Of a stretch of DNA of 38,469 bases, positions 16,542-25,226 are shown one piece after another (position 1 is the stretch's first letter; every line of letters begins with the position of its first letter). A program made the translations under genes and the position numbers. The notes beneath the pieces were generated by a model. That model saw only the letters and a list, made by a program, of their open reading frames with translations. It was not told the origin of the DNA and searched no databases. Source of the stretch: a virus. Lineage: Duplodnaviria > Caudoviricetes. The stretch is taken from positions 1 through 38,469 of IMG/VR virus record IMGVR_UViG_3300037045_000087; one strand, given 5' to 3'.

Positions 16542-16821
16542 CCCCAAAACCCCGCGCGAGTCGTACCCGATTGAGTTTGACTTTTCCCGGCTCCTGGCCT
16601 CCATCACCTCGGCCTCTGTGACCGTGACCCTTTTGGCCGGAGTGGACGCGGCTCCGGGCTCGATCCTGTCCGGGCTTGCCCAAATCTCTGGCTCCAAGGT
16701 GTTCCAGAATCTTGTCGGTGGTGTTGACGGGGCCAAGTATGGCCTCCTCTGCCAGGCCTCTGACGGGACCAGGACCTTCGAGCTTGCTGACTCCATCGAA
16801 GTCCGGGAGCCGATGCCATGA
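16534..16821 (+). CDS. Putative fibre-attachment adaptor protein
   Basis: MLDPKTPRESYPIEFDFSRLL...GGVDGAKY; AAGGA RBS; overlaps the end of the fibre gene. Confidence 0.55.
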   Translation: MLDPKTPRESYPIEFDFSRLLASITSASVTVTLLAGVDAAPGSILSGLAQISGSKVFQNLVGGVDGAKYGLLCQASDGTRTFELADSIEVREPMP

Positions 16822-17240
16822 TCAAGGTCACGACGAAAAGCGTTGGCTCCAAGGAGTTCCTGGTCGATGAGCGGTTTGTGACCCCGATAATCAAGGACCT
16901 GGCCCAGGTGGTCTATGATGAGGCCCTGGACGGTGCCGATGACCACACGAAAACCGGGGCCCTGGTCCAAAGCCTTTTCAACCGGAAGACGCCCACGGGC
17001 CGCGCTGTTGGGCACGATACGATAAGGGCCCCCCATGCTGCCTTTGTGCTGTTCGGGACCAAGCCTCACAAGATCATGCCCAAGGACAAAAAGGTTCTGC
17101 GATGGGCTGGCCCTGGTGGCTTTGTCTTTGCCAAGGTGGTCAACCATCCTGGGTATGAGGGCGATCACTACCTGAACGACGCGGCGGACAAGGCCATAAA
17201 CCAGTTCGCCGAAATCCTGAAACGACACTGGAGGCCCTGA
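16818..17240 (+). CDS. HK97 gp10-like neck / tail-completion protein
   Basis: KTGALVQSL, HAAFVLFGTKPH.I.P and VFAKVVNHPG motifs. Confidence 0.8.
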   Translation: MIKVTTKSVGSKEFLVDERFVTPIIKDLAQVVYDEALDGADDHTKTGALVQSLFNRKTPTGRAVGHDTIRAPHAAFVLFGTKPHKIMPKDKKVLRWAGPGGFVFAKVVNHPGYEGDHYLNDAADKAINQFAEILKRHWRP

Positions 17241-17241
17241 G

Positions 17242-17553
17242 ATGCCCACCAAGAATACGTTCCACGACGCCTACCTGGCGAGACACTGCACCGAGGCGAG
17301 GGAAGAACGGGCCTATGCGGAAGTCGATGCCCTGGGCACGTTTTCAGCGGCTTGGCGTGACAAGCTGGCGACCGCCCGGACCTACGTAATCGCGTGTCTG
17401 GAGAGCCAGGCCTCCCCCGATGACCTGTTTGGGGCCAAGCTGAAACACTACCGGGCCGAGTTCGATACTGCCTTGAGCCAGGCCAGGGCTGCGACCCCGG
17501 ACGATGACGGAAACCCCCTGGCCGTGTTCTCCATCCCGATCCTGAGAGGTTGA
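17242..17553 (+). CDS. Hypothetical protein, probable head-tail connector
   Basis: GGAGG RBS; 103 aa helical; position in the neck cluster. Confidence 0.55.
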   Translation: MPTKNTFHDAYLARHCTEAREERAYAEVDALGTFSAAWRDKLATARTYVIACLESQASPDDLFGAKLKHYRAEFDTALSQARAATPDDDGNPLAVFSIPILRG

Positions 17554-17557
17554 AGCC

Positions 17558-17947
17558 ATGATGCAGCCGCTTGAGGCCCTGCGCGACCAGCTGGCCCTGA
17601 TACCTGGGATCGAAACCTGCAAGATCGGGATCGAGAAGGGCATGACTGCTGCCGACTACCCGATCATCCGAATCGTGCCCACAACGGTGCGCCATGGTGA
17701 CATTATCGGGATGCGTGCCGTTGAGGTGATGATCTACTTCGGGAAGCCCATTGAGGAGTTCGACGAGGAGCCCGACGACGAGGGCCGGGTCAGGCTGGAA
17801 AAGTTGTATGCGGCCCTGTTTGACCTGGAGGTAACCATCATCGAGATCCTGTCCGTGATGGGTGGCGAGTACGAGGAAACCCTGCTTGATGAGGACCGCC
17901 TCGACACGTACAAGCTGATGGCGATCCGGGCCACGGTGGAAGGATAA
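17558..17947 (+). CDS. Hypothetical acidic protein, probable tail terminator
   Basis: GAGG RBS; DYPIIRIVP motif and alpha/beta pattern; last gene of the + strand structural operon. Confidence 0.5.
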   Translation: MMQPLEALRDQLALIPGIETCKIGIEKGMTAADYPIIRIVPTTVRHGDIIGMRAVEVMIYFGKPIEEFDEEPDDEGRVRLEKLYAALFDLEVTIIEILSVMGGEYEETLLDEDRLDTYKLMAIRATVEG

Positions 17948-17988
17948 ATTTCGAGGGGGGTGTCCGCGCACTTCCCCTGGAAAAAGAG

Positions 17989-18013
17989 AAGGCCCCTTCG
18001 GGGGCCTTTTTTT
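17989..18013. terminator. Intrinsic terminator between convergent operons, probably bidirectional
   Basis: AAGGCCCC-TTCG-GGGGCCTT followed by a T tract and preceded by an A-rich tract. Confidence 0.88.
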
Positions 18014-18017
18014 GTGG

Positions 18018-18317
18018 TCAGTTTACGATGCCGGGGCCGAATTCCACTGGCCCTGGCCTTGGGTAGTGCTCCCGCAGGTCCTCCGGGAGATTATGCCAAA
18101 CTCCAATAATGGCGGCCATGTCTGCCTTGCTCTTGAGTGGCTCGGGGCTCAAATACCAACAGTCTGGAGGCGGCGACTTGGGGATGTAGGGGCAGCGGAT
18201 CATGGCCAGGATGATCTCGGCCGAAGGCCCGGAAACCTCCCCGGCTTCCTCGTCCCAATCAAACACAAGGGGCTCCTCCCCCTGTATTCGGTGCTCGCAA
18301 ATGTAGTGTTTTTTCAC
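18018..18317 (-). CDS. Small acidic protein, candidate immunity protein for the MuF C-terminal domain
   Basis: GTG start overlaps the MuF stop (GTGA); 99 aa. Confidence 0.55.
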   Translation of the reverse strand: MKKHYICEHRIQGEEPLVFDWDEEAGEVSGPSAEIILAMIRCPYIPKSPPPDCWYLSPEPLKSKADMAAIIGVWHNLPEDLREHYPRPGPVEFGPGIVN

Positions 18318-20200
18318 GGTGTCCACCCGAAGAGAAGGCCAAGCGCAAGCTCGATCATCTCCCTGTCTTGTTTGTATGTCGCCCGCAATGCGGCGGAGGC
18401 CATAATGTCGTTCTCTGGAGTGTACCCGAGGACCGTTTGAAACGCTACGGGTAGCACCTCCAGGGCCTCCCGACCCTTGCTCCATGCATACTCTCGGCCT
18501 TGGTATGCCCTTGCGTAGTTGTCTTTTCTCGTTACCTCTCCCCGCGGATAGCCGTCAAACGGTTCTAGGTCCGCCATTTCCTCCAGTGCCTGTCCTGCTG
18601 TCCTTCTGCTGTGGAGTTCCTGAAAATAGTCGTCAAGCTCTGGCATGACAGCTTGAAGGTGATGCGAAAACTCGTGGAGTGCTGGCAAAAATTCGTCGCG
18701 TGTTGATATTCTGCACCTAAGGGGGTCGTAGCTTGCCCTCCGAGTGACGATCTCGGCCTTGAGCGTGTTGGCGTACCTATCTGAAACAGCGGTCCACGAA
18801 TTTGGGAACCGCTTTGATGCATCTTGGACTAGGACCATGGCCTTCATTGTTGTCGCTGATACATTGCAAGCCTGGCTTGTCCCGACATCCTCCCCAAGCT
18901 GCTTGAAGAGTTCCAAGAAAAAGGCGCGTTGATCCCTGGCCGGGGATGGAAGACGGAGGAGCTTTTCCGACCCAAGGGTGATGAAGTCGTCTAGTGTCTT
19001 TGGCTTCGGCGCTGGCGCTGGCGAAGCCTTGGGCACTGGCACTGCCTTGGGCTTCGGTGTGGCTTTGGCCCTGGGCTTGGGCGTGGGCTTGGGCACGATG
19101 AGCCCGTGGAAGTGGACCGCCTCCCCCATGGGCCGAACCAGATAGGTCGGATCTTTGCCCATGTTGAAGATCTCCAGCCCGTCGCGCCCACTCAGGACCG
19201 CCTGGGCTCTGAACTTGTTACCCATGACCATTGCCGCCTGCCGCTCTGTGAGGCCCGAAAGGTAGGCCTGGTCGGCATAGGGCTTTGCCTTGGCCTTCTT
19301 CGAGGGCGTGTGGATGTCCAGGCGCGGTGCCACGATGCAACGGCAATGGGGGTGGATAGGGGCCAGGGGGCAAAGGCCCTTCGGATATACTCCTGGCCCC
19401 ATGCCGTAAACGTCCCGCTTGGCGAAAAGGTCGCAGATGTCCATCCTGGGGTGGCTCTTGCTCAAACGGTACTGGACCCATTCCACATCGGTGTCGGCGA
19501 TGAGCTCCCGCGCGTTGGTCAGGGCGTAGGCCCGGTGAAGTTCTGTTTGTGCGATCCGGTTGGCGAAATAGCGCATCCGTTCGTAGTAGGCCTGCTGGAC
19601 CTTTTTCTCCAGGAGCTCCGCCCCGACCCCTTCCTCGATGGCGTCCAAATATTCGAGATATGCGGCCTTGAGGGCCGGGGTCTTGAGTCGGAGGGCCTGG
19701 GCTCTGGCAAGTAGCCTGGAAAGCTCCCCCTGGACCCCTGGATCGATCAGGAGCTCGTCCCGTAGATACTTGGGAAGGCCTGGCGTCCCTGGACTGAGCC
19801 GAAGGACTTCCGAGGCCTTGAATCCGTAGCCCTCGAATATCTTCATGGTCAGGGTTCTGGCCTGGTCGAAGCCCTTTGTGTGGCTGTTGATGAGGTTCAG
19901 GACCGTGGCGTTGATGGCCTGCGTCTCCCGGTAGAGCTTTTTGGAAAGGGTCAGGTGGCCGATCTTCATGCCCAGGACCGAGGCCTCGCCGACTGATGCC
20001 TGGAGGATCTTCGAAAAGGCCTCCGTGAGCTCCCGCGTAAAGGCTCCCTTGAAGCCGTTCGTCGCCTGCTTCAGGGCCACCTGGGGCGAGACTCCCTGGG
20101 AGATGAGCCGCATCATTTTTTCGTATGCGGCATGGGCGCTCTGTTCGATGGTGGTGGCGGTCCCGTCGAGGAGCCGCTTCTCTGCTGATGGCTTCATCAT
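18314..20200 (-). CDS. MuF/SPP1 gp7-like minor head protein with C-terminal zincin (HExxH) domain
   Basis: RIAQTE, DICD and PIHPHCRC MuF motifs; PK/PA-rich linker; ALHEFSHHL followed downstream by ALEVL. Confidence 0.85.
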   Translation of the reverse strand: MMKPSAEKRLLDGTATTIEQSAHAAYEKMMRLISQGVSPQVALKQATNGFKGAFTRELTEAFSKILQASVGEASVLGMKIGHLTLSKKLYRETQAINATVLNLINSHTKGFDQARTLTMKIFEGYGFKASEVLRLSPGTPGLPKYLRDELLIDPGVQGELSRLLARAQALRLKTPALKAAYLEYLDAIEEGVGAELLEKKVQQAYYERMRYFANRIAQTELHRAYALTNARELIADTDVEWVQYRLSKSHPRMDICDLFAKRDVYGMGPGVYPKGLCPLAPIHPHCRCIVAPRLDIHTPSKKAKAKPYADQAYLSGLTERQAAMVMGNKFRAQAVLSGRDGLEIFNMGKDPTYLVRPMGEAVHFHGLIVPKPTPKPRAKATPKPKAVPVPKASPAPAPKPKTLDDFITLGSEKLLRLPSPARDQRAFFLELFKQLGEDVGTSQACNVSATTMKAMVLVQDASKRFPNSWTAVSDRYANTLKAEIVTRRASYDPLRCRISTRDEFLPALHEFSHHLQAVMPELDDYFQELHSRRTAGQALEEMADLEPFDGYPRGEVTRKDNYARAYQGREYAWSKGREALEVLPVAFQTVLGYTPENDIMASAALRATYKQDREMIELALGLLFGWTP

Positions 20201-21408
20201 AGGCCTGCGACCTGCATGGTAAGTGGGTGTTCAATCGAGGTGGTCAATGCCTGGTAGGCGTGTGCCAGGGCATCGCATCCGTCTTCGTGCTCCCCTTCTG
20301 GGAAGGCCAGGAGCTCCTCTCGAAACCAGTTCGGGACCCCTGCAGGGTCGTGGCGGACCAGCCTGCGCTCGTACCTGGTGATGACCGGGGCCAGGCGCGT
20401 GACCTTGTCCCTGTCTGGCCGGATGCCGATGACCGGAAGCGTGGTGGTCCTGGCGAGTTCCTGGACGACTGCCGCCTGGAACTGCACATTTTCAATGGCG
20501 ATGATCCTGGGGCGGTGCCTGGCCGCGGCGTCCTTGATCCTGGAAAGGATCTCGTTGAACGAACAGCGGTGCCGCTCGATCTCTTTGAGGTAGAGGATGC
20601 CGGAAACCGGATCTCTGGAAAGGGCCGCGATGGCGGTGAAGTCCGCCGTCTGCTTTTCCGAGATGGCGAGATCCACGCCGAGGACTGTCTCCAGGCCCCT
20701 GGGGGCTGGCTCCATGACGATCATCTCTGGCCGGATCATGCCCGCGCCGAAGGTCACGAATTCGGCCAAATACTCCTGCCGGAAGACGAGCTCCGGGAGA
20801 TCCTCCCGGTAACGCTCGATCTCCTCTGGCCGGATATGGGGGTTGCAGGAGGTGGGCAGGTGCCAGCTTTGCCAATCCGGCTGGCCTGGGTCGTCGCCTT
20901 TGCGGTAGAGTTCGTGGAAATAGTTGATTCCGTTGGGCGTGGAAATGAACCAGGCCTCGCCCAGAAAGTCGGTCAGGGTCGGGGATATGGCCCTTTCCCA
21001 GGCCTCCTGGAGAAGTCGGGCGTGGGCGGCCTCGTCGATGACCAGCCGCTTGTACTTCCTGGACCTGCCCGCGTTCTTGTCCTCCAGGGTCCAGAAGTCG
21101 ATCTTGCCCCCCGTGATGAGGTCGATCCGCATGTCGGACTTGTTGGACCTCTTGGTGATGGGCTGGAGGGTGCGCTTCATGTCCTCCCAGACATCGAGCA
21201 GGATCTTGTAAGTCGGGGCGAAAAAGGCCACGGGCCAGCCGTCGAGGGCCGAGCCTGGCATGAGGCCGAGCCACTCCGTAGCCAGCATGGTCTTGCCGAA
21301 TCGGCGACCGCACCGGGCCACCTTGAACCTGGAGCCCCCCGAAAGGATGGCCTTTTGCCCTGAGTGAAAGTCGATGGGCGGGACTACGATCTTGCGCTTT
21401 TTGCCCAC
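20197..21408 (-). CDS. terL: Terminase large subunit
   Basis: Walker A CGRRFGKT, Walker B LVIDEAA, ISTPNG, nuclease GVDLA and HEDGCDA; GTG start overlaps the upstream stop. Confidence 0.95.
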   Translation of the reverse strand: MGKKRKIVVPPIDFHSGQKAILSGGSRFKVARCGRRFGKTMLATEWLGLMPGSALDGWPVAFFAPTYKILLDVWEDMKRTLQPITKRSNKSDMRIDLITGGKIDFWTLEDKNAGRSRKYKRLVIDEAAHARLLQEAWERAISPTLTDFLGEAWFISTPNGINYFHELYRKGDDPGQPDWQSWHLPTSCNPHIRPEEIERYREDLPELVFRQEYLAEFVTFGAGMIRPEMIVMEPAPRGLETVLGVDLAISEKQTADFTAIAALSRDPVSGILYLKEIERHRCSFNEILSRIKDAAARHRPRIIAIENVQFQAAVVQELARTTTLPVIGIRPDRDKVTRLAPVITRYERRLVRHDPAGVPNWFREELLAFPEGEHEDGCDALAHAYQALTTSIEHPLTMQVAGL

Positions 21409-22271
21409 TATGCCCTCGCCTTTTTGAGCTCCTCGCGCAGGATAAGGGGGACGGCGTTGCGCCAGGATACGCGGTGGTGAATCCGGCGGTGCTTGTGACC
21501 CATCGAGCTGATCTGGACACAGGAGGGGGCGAACATGACCGTGTAGAACGACTTCACATAGGTCCCTTTGTCCAGGTAGAGCTCCGTCATGCCGCCTTTG
21601 TTCTGCTGCGTTGACTTCTGGACCAGGCCCAGGTTCAGGACCGTGAAAAAGAGCTCCCCGCGGCCTCCCTGGGTGACATAGGTGTTCACGTCCTCGTTGA
21701 TCCTGCCCGCGAACCGGATGGGGCGGTCTGTGGCGCAGATAAAAGAGTTCATGCACTTGCGCTTGGTGAAGGCTGATGCGGCCGAGGAGGCTGACCCTCC
21801 GAGAAAGTCCCCTCCCTGGGCCATGGCTACGCTCTTGATCGGGGTGCTGCGGTGGAGGTCCACCAGGGCGTCGAAAACCCTGTCCAGGTTGTGAATGTTG
21901 CGGTCGATGTACTCGAAACGGGCGTTCTTTTTGTAGAAAAAATTCGTGTAATCATCGTCGAGTTGGATGAAGTAATCGAGGCCGAGCTCCTGGGCGATCT
22001 CGAAGCTGGCCGTCCTGGCGTAGATGATGGCGCGGCGGTCCTGGAAATTGTCCCCCTCGTCTATCTTCCTGGCGATGGCCTGCTTGTCGAAAATGTGGAC
22101 CTGGTCCCCGAAGACGCGGCGATATTCCTCCAGGGTCTTGTCCTCGTTGTCCACCACGATGACCACGCGGCCCGTGTAGCCGTGCCGCCGAAGCGAGTTG
22201 AAGGTCACCACCCTGTCGGGCCTGCCGTGGGTCAGAATGAGGGCTGCGAAGCTGCTATTCCTCATCGCCAT
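21408..22271 (-). CDS. GT-A fold glycosyltransferase, GREB1/TET-JBP-associated (TAGT)-like; candidate DNA-modifying enzyme
   Basis: ILTHGRP N-terminal strand, QLDDDY (DxD) and GRINEDV motifs. Confidence 0.75.
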   Translation of the reverse strand: MAMRNSSFAALILTHGRPDRVVTFNSLRRHGYTGRVVIVVDNEDKTLEEYRRVFGDQVHIFDKQAIARKIDEGDNFQDRRAIIYARTASFEIAQELGLDYFIQLDDDYTNFFYKKNARFEYIDRNIHNLDRVFDALVDLHRSTPIKSVAMAQGGDFLGGSASSAASAFTKRKCMNSFICATDRPIRFAGRINEDVNTYVTQGGRGELFFTVLNLGLVQKSTQQNKGGMTELYLDKGTYVKSFYTVMFAPSCVQISSMGHKHRRIHHRVSWRNAVPLILREELKKARA

Positions 22272-23034
22272 GGTCTGCCTCGTATGCTCCTGCCACTTCC
22301 TGGAAAAACTGCGCGAAGCCGTTCTCGATGGCCTTGTCGAAGTCGATGATGACCAGGGCCGACCGCTCCATGAGGTCCTGAGTCTCCTGGTCTGCGTGGG
22401 CGTAGAATTCTGCGATGTTCCGGTAATCGAAAACGACATGCCGATAGGCTGCCAGGGTCAAGAACTGCTTGACCTCGTCCGGGATGCTGGAGGCCTGGAC
22501 CTGGTCCGCGAGTTTGCGGGCCTTGGCTGCGTCGAAAAGGTCCTCGACCTTGGGCTTCTCCCCGGTGGGCTCGTAGATGGGGGCCTCGATCTTCTGCGTG
22601 TAGATGTCCTCTGCTGACCCTTCCCCTGGGTTGATGTCCGCCAGGAGGCCGTCGAGCTCCTCTTTGTCGAAACCCGTGTAGGCCAGGTCGAAGTTCATGG
22701 CCTGGAGCTCCTCCAGTTCCACGCGCAAGAGCTCCTCGTCCCACTCTGCCCAGTTCGCGGAGCGGTTTACGAGGATGCGGAAGGCTTTGATTTGGGCCTC
22801 GGTGAGATCATCGGCCAGGATGACGGGGACAGTCTCCAGGCCGAGCTTTTGGGCTGCCTTGAGCCTCAAATGCCCGTCCACGATGAGGCCGTCCGACTTG
22901 GCCATGATCGGGAGCCGGAAACCGAACTCCTTTATGGCCCCGGCCATTTTGTCCACCTGCTCGTCGTTCTTCCTGGGGTTCCGGGCGTAGGGGATCAGCT
23001 TTTCGATGCCCCATTCCTGGATTGTCAAACTCAT
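22255..23034 (-). CDS. ParB/Srx N-terminal domain fused to an uncharacterised helical C-terminal domain
   Basis: LIPYARNPRKN, IKEFGF, IVDGHLRLKAA and AEWDEELL motifs; the C-terminus lacks methyltransferase motifs. Confidence 0.85.
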   Translation of the reverse strand: MSLTIQEWGIEKLIPYARNPRKNDEQVDKMAGAIKEFGFRLPIMAKSDGLIVDGHLRLKAAQKLGLETVPVILADDLTEAQIKAFRILVNRSANWAEWDEELLRVELEELQAMNFDLAYTGFDKEELDGLLADINPGEGSAEDIYTQKIEAPIYEPTGEKPKVEDLFDAAKARKLADQVQASSIPDEVKQFLTLAAYRHVVFDYRNIAEFYAHADQETQDLMERSALVIIDFDKAIENGFAQFFQEVAGAYEADHGDEE

Positions 23035-23537
23035 AAGCCGTAGCTCCTTTGGATGATGATTTCGACCGCGTCGTCCTCGTTGTCCCCGTCCAGGTTCCAG
23101 GCCTTGCGCTCTGAAACGTGCATATTGCGGACTGTCTCCGAGGTGATCTTTGCCGCCTTGAGTGTCTCGAAGGCGACTTGCTTTTCGATCATGGTCTTGG
23201 CTTGTTTGTGCTCCCTGATCCCGGCGTACATGAGGCCCCGGACGGCGTTGATCTCCTCCCGGTGCCTCTGGATCACCTCCACGGTTTTGTCGGCCTTGGC
23301 GTCTATGGCGGCGTCGAGCCGATCAGGGTCATGGGGCACAACCTTGGTCGCCTTTTCGAGGGCCCGCCTCTTGACCTCCTGCTTTGTGGCCTCGGTCCTG
23401 ATCCACCCGTCGCGGCTGGCCCGCATGTTGATGACCCGGCCCGTGCATCCGTGCTTTTGGCCGAGGGCGTTGGGTGGCTCCCCTGCCTCCCATGCCGCCC
23501 GGATGGTTGCCCAGGTGTCCAGGCTTAGTCGCGGCAC
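23031..23537 (-). CDS. terS: Probable terminase small subunit
   Basis: N-terminal HTH (W..IRAAWEAGE...RASRDGW), helical middle, ERKAWNLD; upstream of terL. Confidence 0.7.
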   Translation of the reverse strand: MPRLSLDTWATIRAAWEAGEPPNALGQKHGCTGRVINMRASRDGWIRTEATKQEVKRRALEKATKVVPHDPDRLDAAIDAKADKTVEVIQRHREEINAVRGLMYAGIREHKQAKTMIEKQVAFETLKAAKITSETVRNMHVSERKAWNLDGDNEDDAVEIIIQRSYGL

Positions 23538-23544
23538 GTGGGCC

Positions 23545-23937
23545 TCAAATGACGACCAGGGAGGGCCTGAATCCGTCCATGTCGAGCCTGAATTGATCCA
23601 GCCAAATTACCTCCTCTTTGTTCGTGACGGCCACGTTTGTGGCGTGGCTGCGTCCGTCCTTGAGTGTCCCGATAGCGAAGCCAAAGGCTGCGGGGTGGGC
23701 CCATTTTTCTGTGACTTGCATCTCCCTGACCCTGCCCAGGAGGATGATGGCTGCGTCGTCGCAGTCCGCCACCTCTGGCCTGAACTGAAAGCGAAGGGCT
23801 GCGCCCAGGAGTTGCACCCGGGCGAAGTCCTCCGAGGGGAGGAAATAGCGCTTGTCGATGGGGGGGCAGTAGGCCCACCGATGAGCCCTGAAGACGATGC
23901 GCCTTAGGTCCGCCCCTGGGATGACCTGGTCGCTCAC
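23545..23937 (-). CDS. Small papain/transglutaminase-like cysteine peptidase domain protein
   Basis: DCDDAA (Cys), HATN (His) and IWLD (Asp) triad pattern; GTGA coupling to the upstream gene. Confidence 0.6.
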   Translation of the reverse strand: MSDQVIPGADLRRIVFRAHRWAYCPPIDKRYFLPSEDFARVQLLGAALRFQFRPEVADCDDAAIILLGRVREMQVTEKWAHPAAFGFAIGTLKDGRSHATNVAVTNKEEVIWLDQFRLDMDGFRPSLVVI

Positions 23938-24356
23938 CTCTCGAACCCCATCTCCTCCCGGAAAACATCGTCGCGGCGATAGTTGTTCCAGGCCGGGAAC
24001 GCGCCGACCCTGACCCCTGCCCACATGGCCCACCTGGTCGGAAAGCTGACCCCCAGGACCTCCATGGCGTCGAGGAAAAGGTCGTCGGCCTGCTTGCGGG
24101 TAACCCTGGTCGAGCAGATGCGCCCGAAGTGGTAGAGGTAGTCGTGCAAAAGGCTGGCTTTGTTGTACCTCCCGAAGGGCGGGAAGATCGGCCAAAGGAA
24201 ACGGGGCACGCTGGCCCCATCGGTCAGAAAGCCTGCCGGGATGATGAGCGGCCAGCCGTCGATGTGGATGACAACGTCATTCAAAAGCTGCCTGGTCCTG
24301 CCGTTGGGCAGGTCGAAGTAGTGGGGCTCTGTCTTAAAAACGATGGGTGTTTTCAT
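23934..24356 (-). CDS. DUF1353 family protein
   Basis: IPAGFLTDGASVPR..W, ASLLHDYLY and RKQADDLF motifs. Confidence 0.88.
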   Translation of the reverse strand: MKTPIVFKTEPHYFDLPNGRTRQLLNDVVIHIDGWPLIIPAGFLTDGASVPRFLWPIFPPFGRYNKASLLHDYLYHFGRICSTRVTRKQADDLFLDAMEVLGVSFPTRWAMWAGVRVGAFPAWNNYRRDDVFREEMGFER

Positions 24357-24901
24357 ATCGCTTCCATGAGGAGGTGGACACGGCGAAGCCAGCCAGCCAG
24401 GAACACTCTGGCGCTGGGATCTCGCCTGGCCCGTTCTGAATACTCGGCCAGCCTGAAGGCACAGACGGCGAAGGCCAGGGGGCCGGGGTCCATTGTCTTG
24501 ACCGCGGCCTTTGTTTTGGGGCCGAAAGATCCATCGACCTTGACCCACTCGCTGCCCCCGATGCGGTTCATGGCGTGCTGCAGGATCTCCACGGCCCCCT
24601 TGACCTGGTCCCCTGCCCTGCCTGGCCCCATGTTCACGATGGCGTCACAGACAGCCTCTCGGAGCCTGGGCGGGAGGTGGTCCCAGTAGGGCGAAAGAAA
24701 GTCCCGGTAGAAGGCCCGGACGAGCGATTCGAATTGAGGGCCGGAGGAGATGCCCCGGTCAACCAACACCCATCCGGGCCAGCCGGGATGAAATTTTCTG
24801 GAGATGCCCCAGGCTGTTTGGCCTCCTGGGTCGCGCGGGTCGTGGTGCACGACTCTGGATTCTCGATCGAGGACGAATTCGACAAACTGGTCCCAGTTCA
24901 T
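24353..24901 (-). CDS. Endolysin, glycoside hydrolase family 108-like
   Basis: HDPRDPGGQTAWGIS, VDGSFGPKT and FLAGWLRR motifs. Confidence 0.88.
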   Translation of the reverse strand: MNWDQFVEFVLDRESRVVHHDPRDPGGQTAWGISRKFHPGWPGWVLVDRGISSGPQFESLVRAFYRDFLSPYWDHLPPRLREAVCDAIVNMGPGRAGDQVKGAVEILQHAMNRIGGSEWVKVDGSFGPKTKAAVKTMDPGPLAFAVCAFRLAEYSERARRDPSARVFLAGWLRRVHLLMEAI

Positions 24902-25167
24902 GGCTTGCCGCCCCCGTTTGTGACCCAGGCCACGAGGACCGCGATGGCGATGACGAGGGCCAGGATGACCTTGATGACGTAGCCGCCGACTGCTGACCTT
25001 GCCCGGTCCCAGGTTGATAAAAAATCGCGGAGCTTGAAGGCGTCTTCTGGCGTCATGCCGTTTGGGCAGCACCCGGTCACTCTCCTGATCTCCTCCAGGT
25101 CGGCCTTTGTCAGGACCATCTTTCTGCGGTCCTCTGCCCCTGGCCTGCTCTCCTCGTATTCGCTCAT
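24898..25167 (-). CDS. Holin-like membrane protein
   Basis: AAGGAGG RBS; single C-terminal hydrophobic helix (VIKVILALVIAIAVLVAWV); directly before the endolysin. Confidence 0.6.
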   Translation of the reverse strand: MSEYEESRPGAEDRRKMVLTKADLEEIRRVTGCCPNGMTPEDAFKLRDFLSTWDRARSAVGGYVIKVILALVIAIAVLVAWVTNGGGKP

Positions 25168-25226
25168 TTCGTCCCTCCTTTACGTGGTTCTTTTGTCATG
25201 CCGTGGCGTAGTGGGTGGAAGGTGGA

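Noticed and set aside
22255-23034. ParB-DNA methyltransferase fusion
   Set aside because: No DPPY/NPPY or FxGxG motif in the C-terminal domain.
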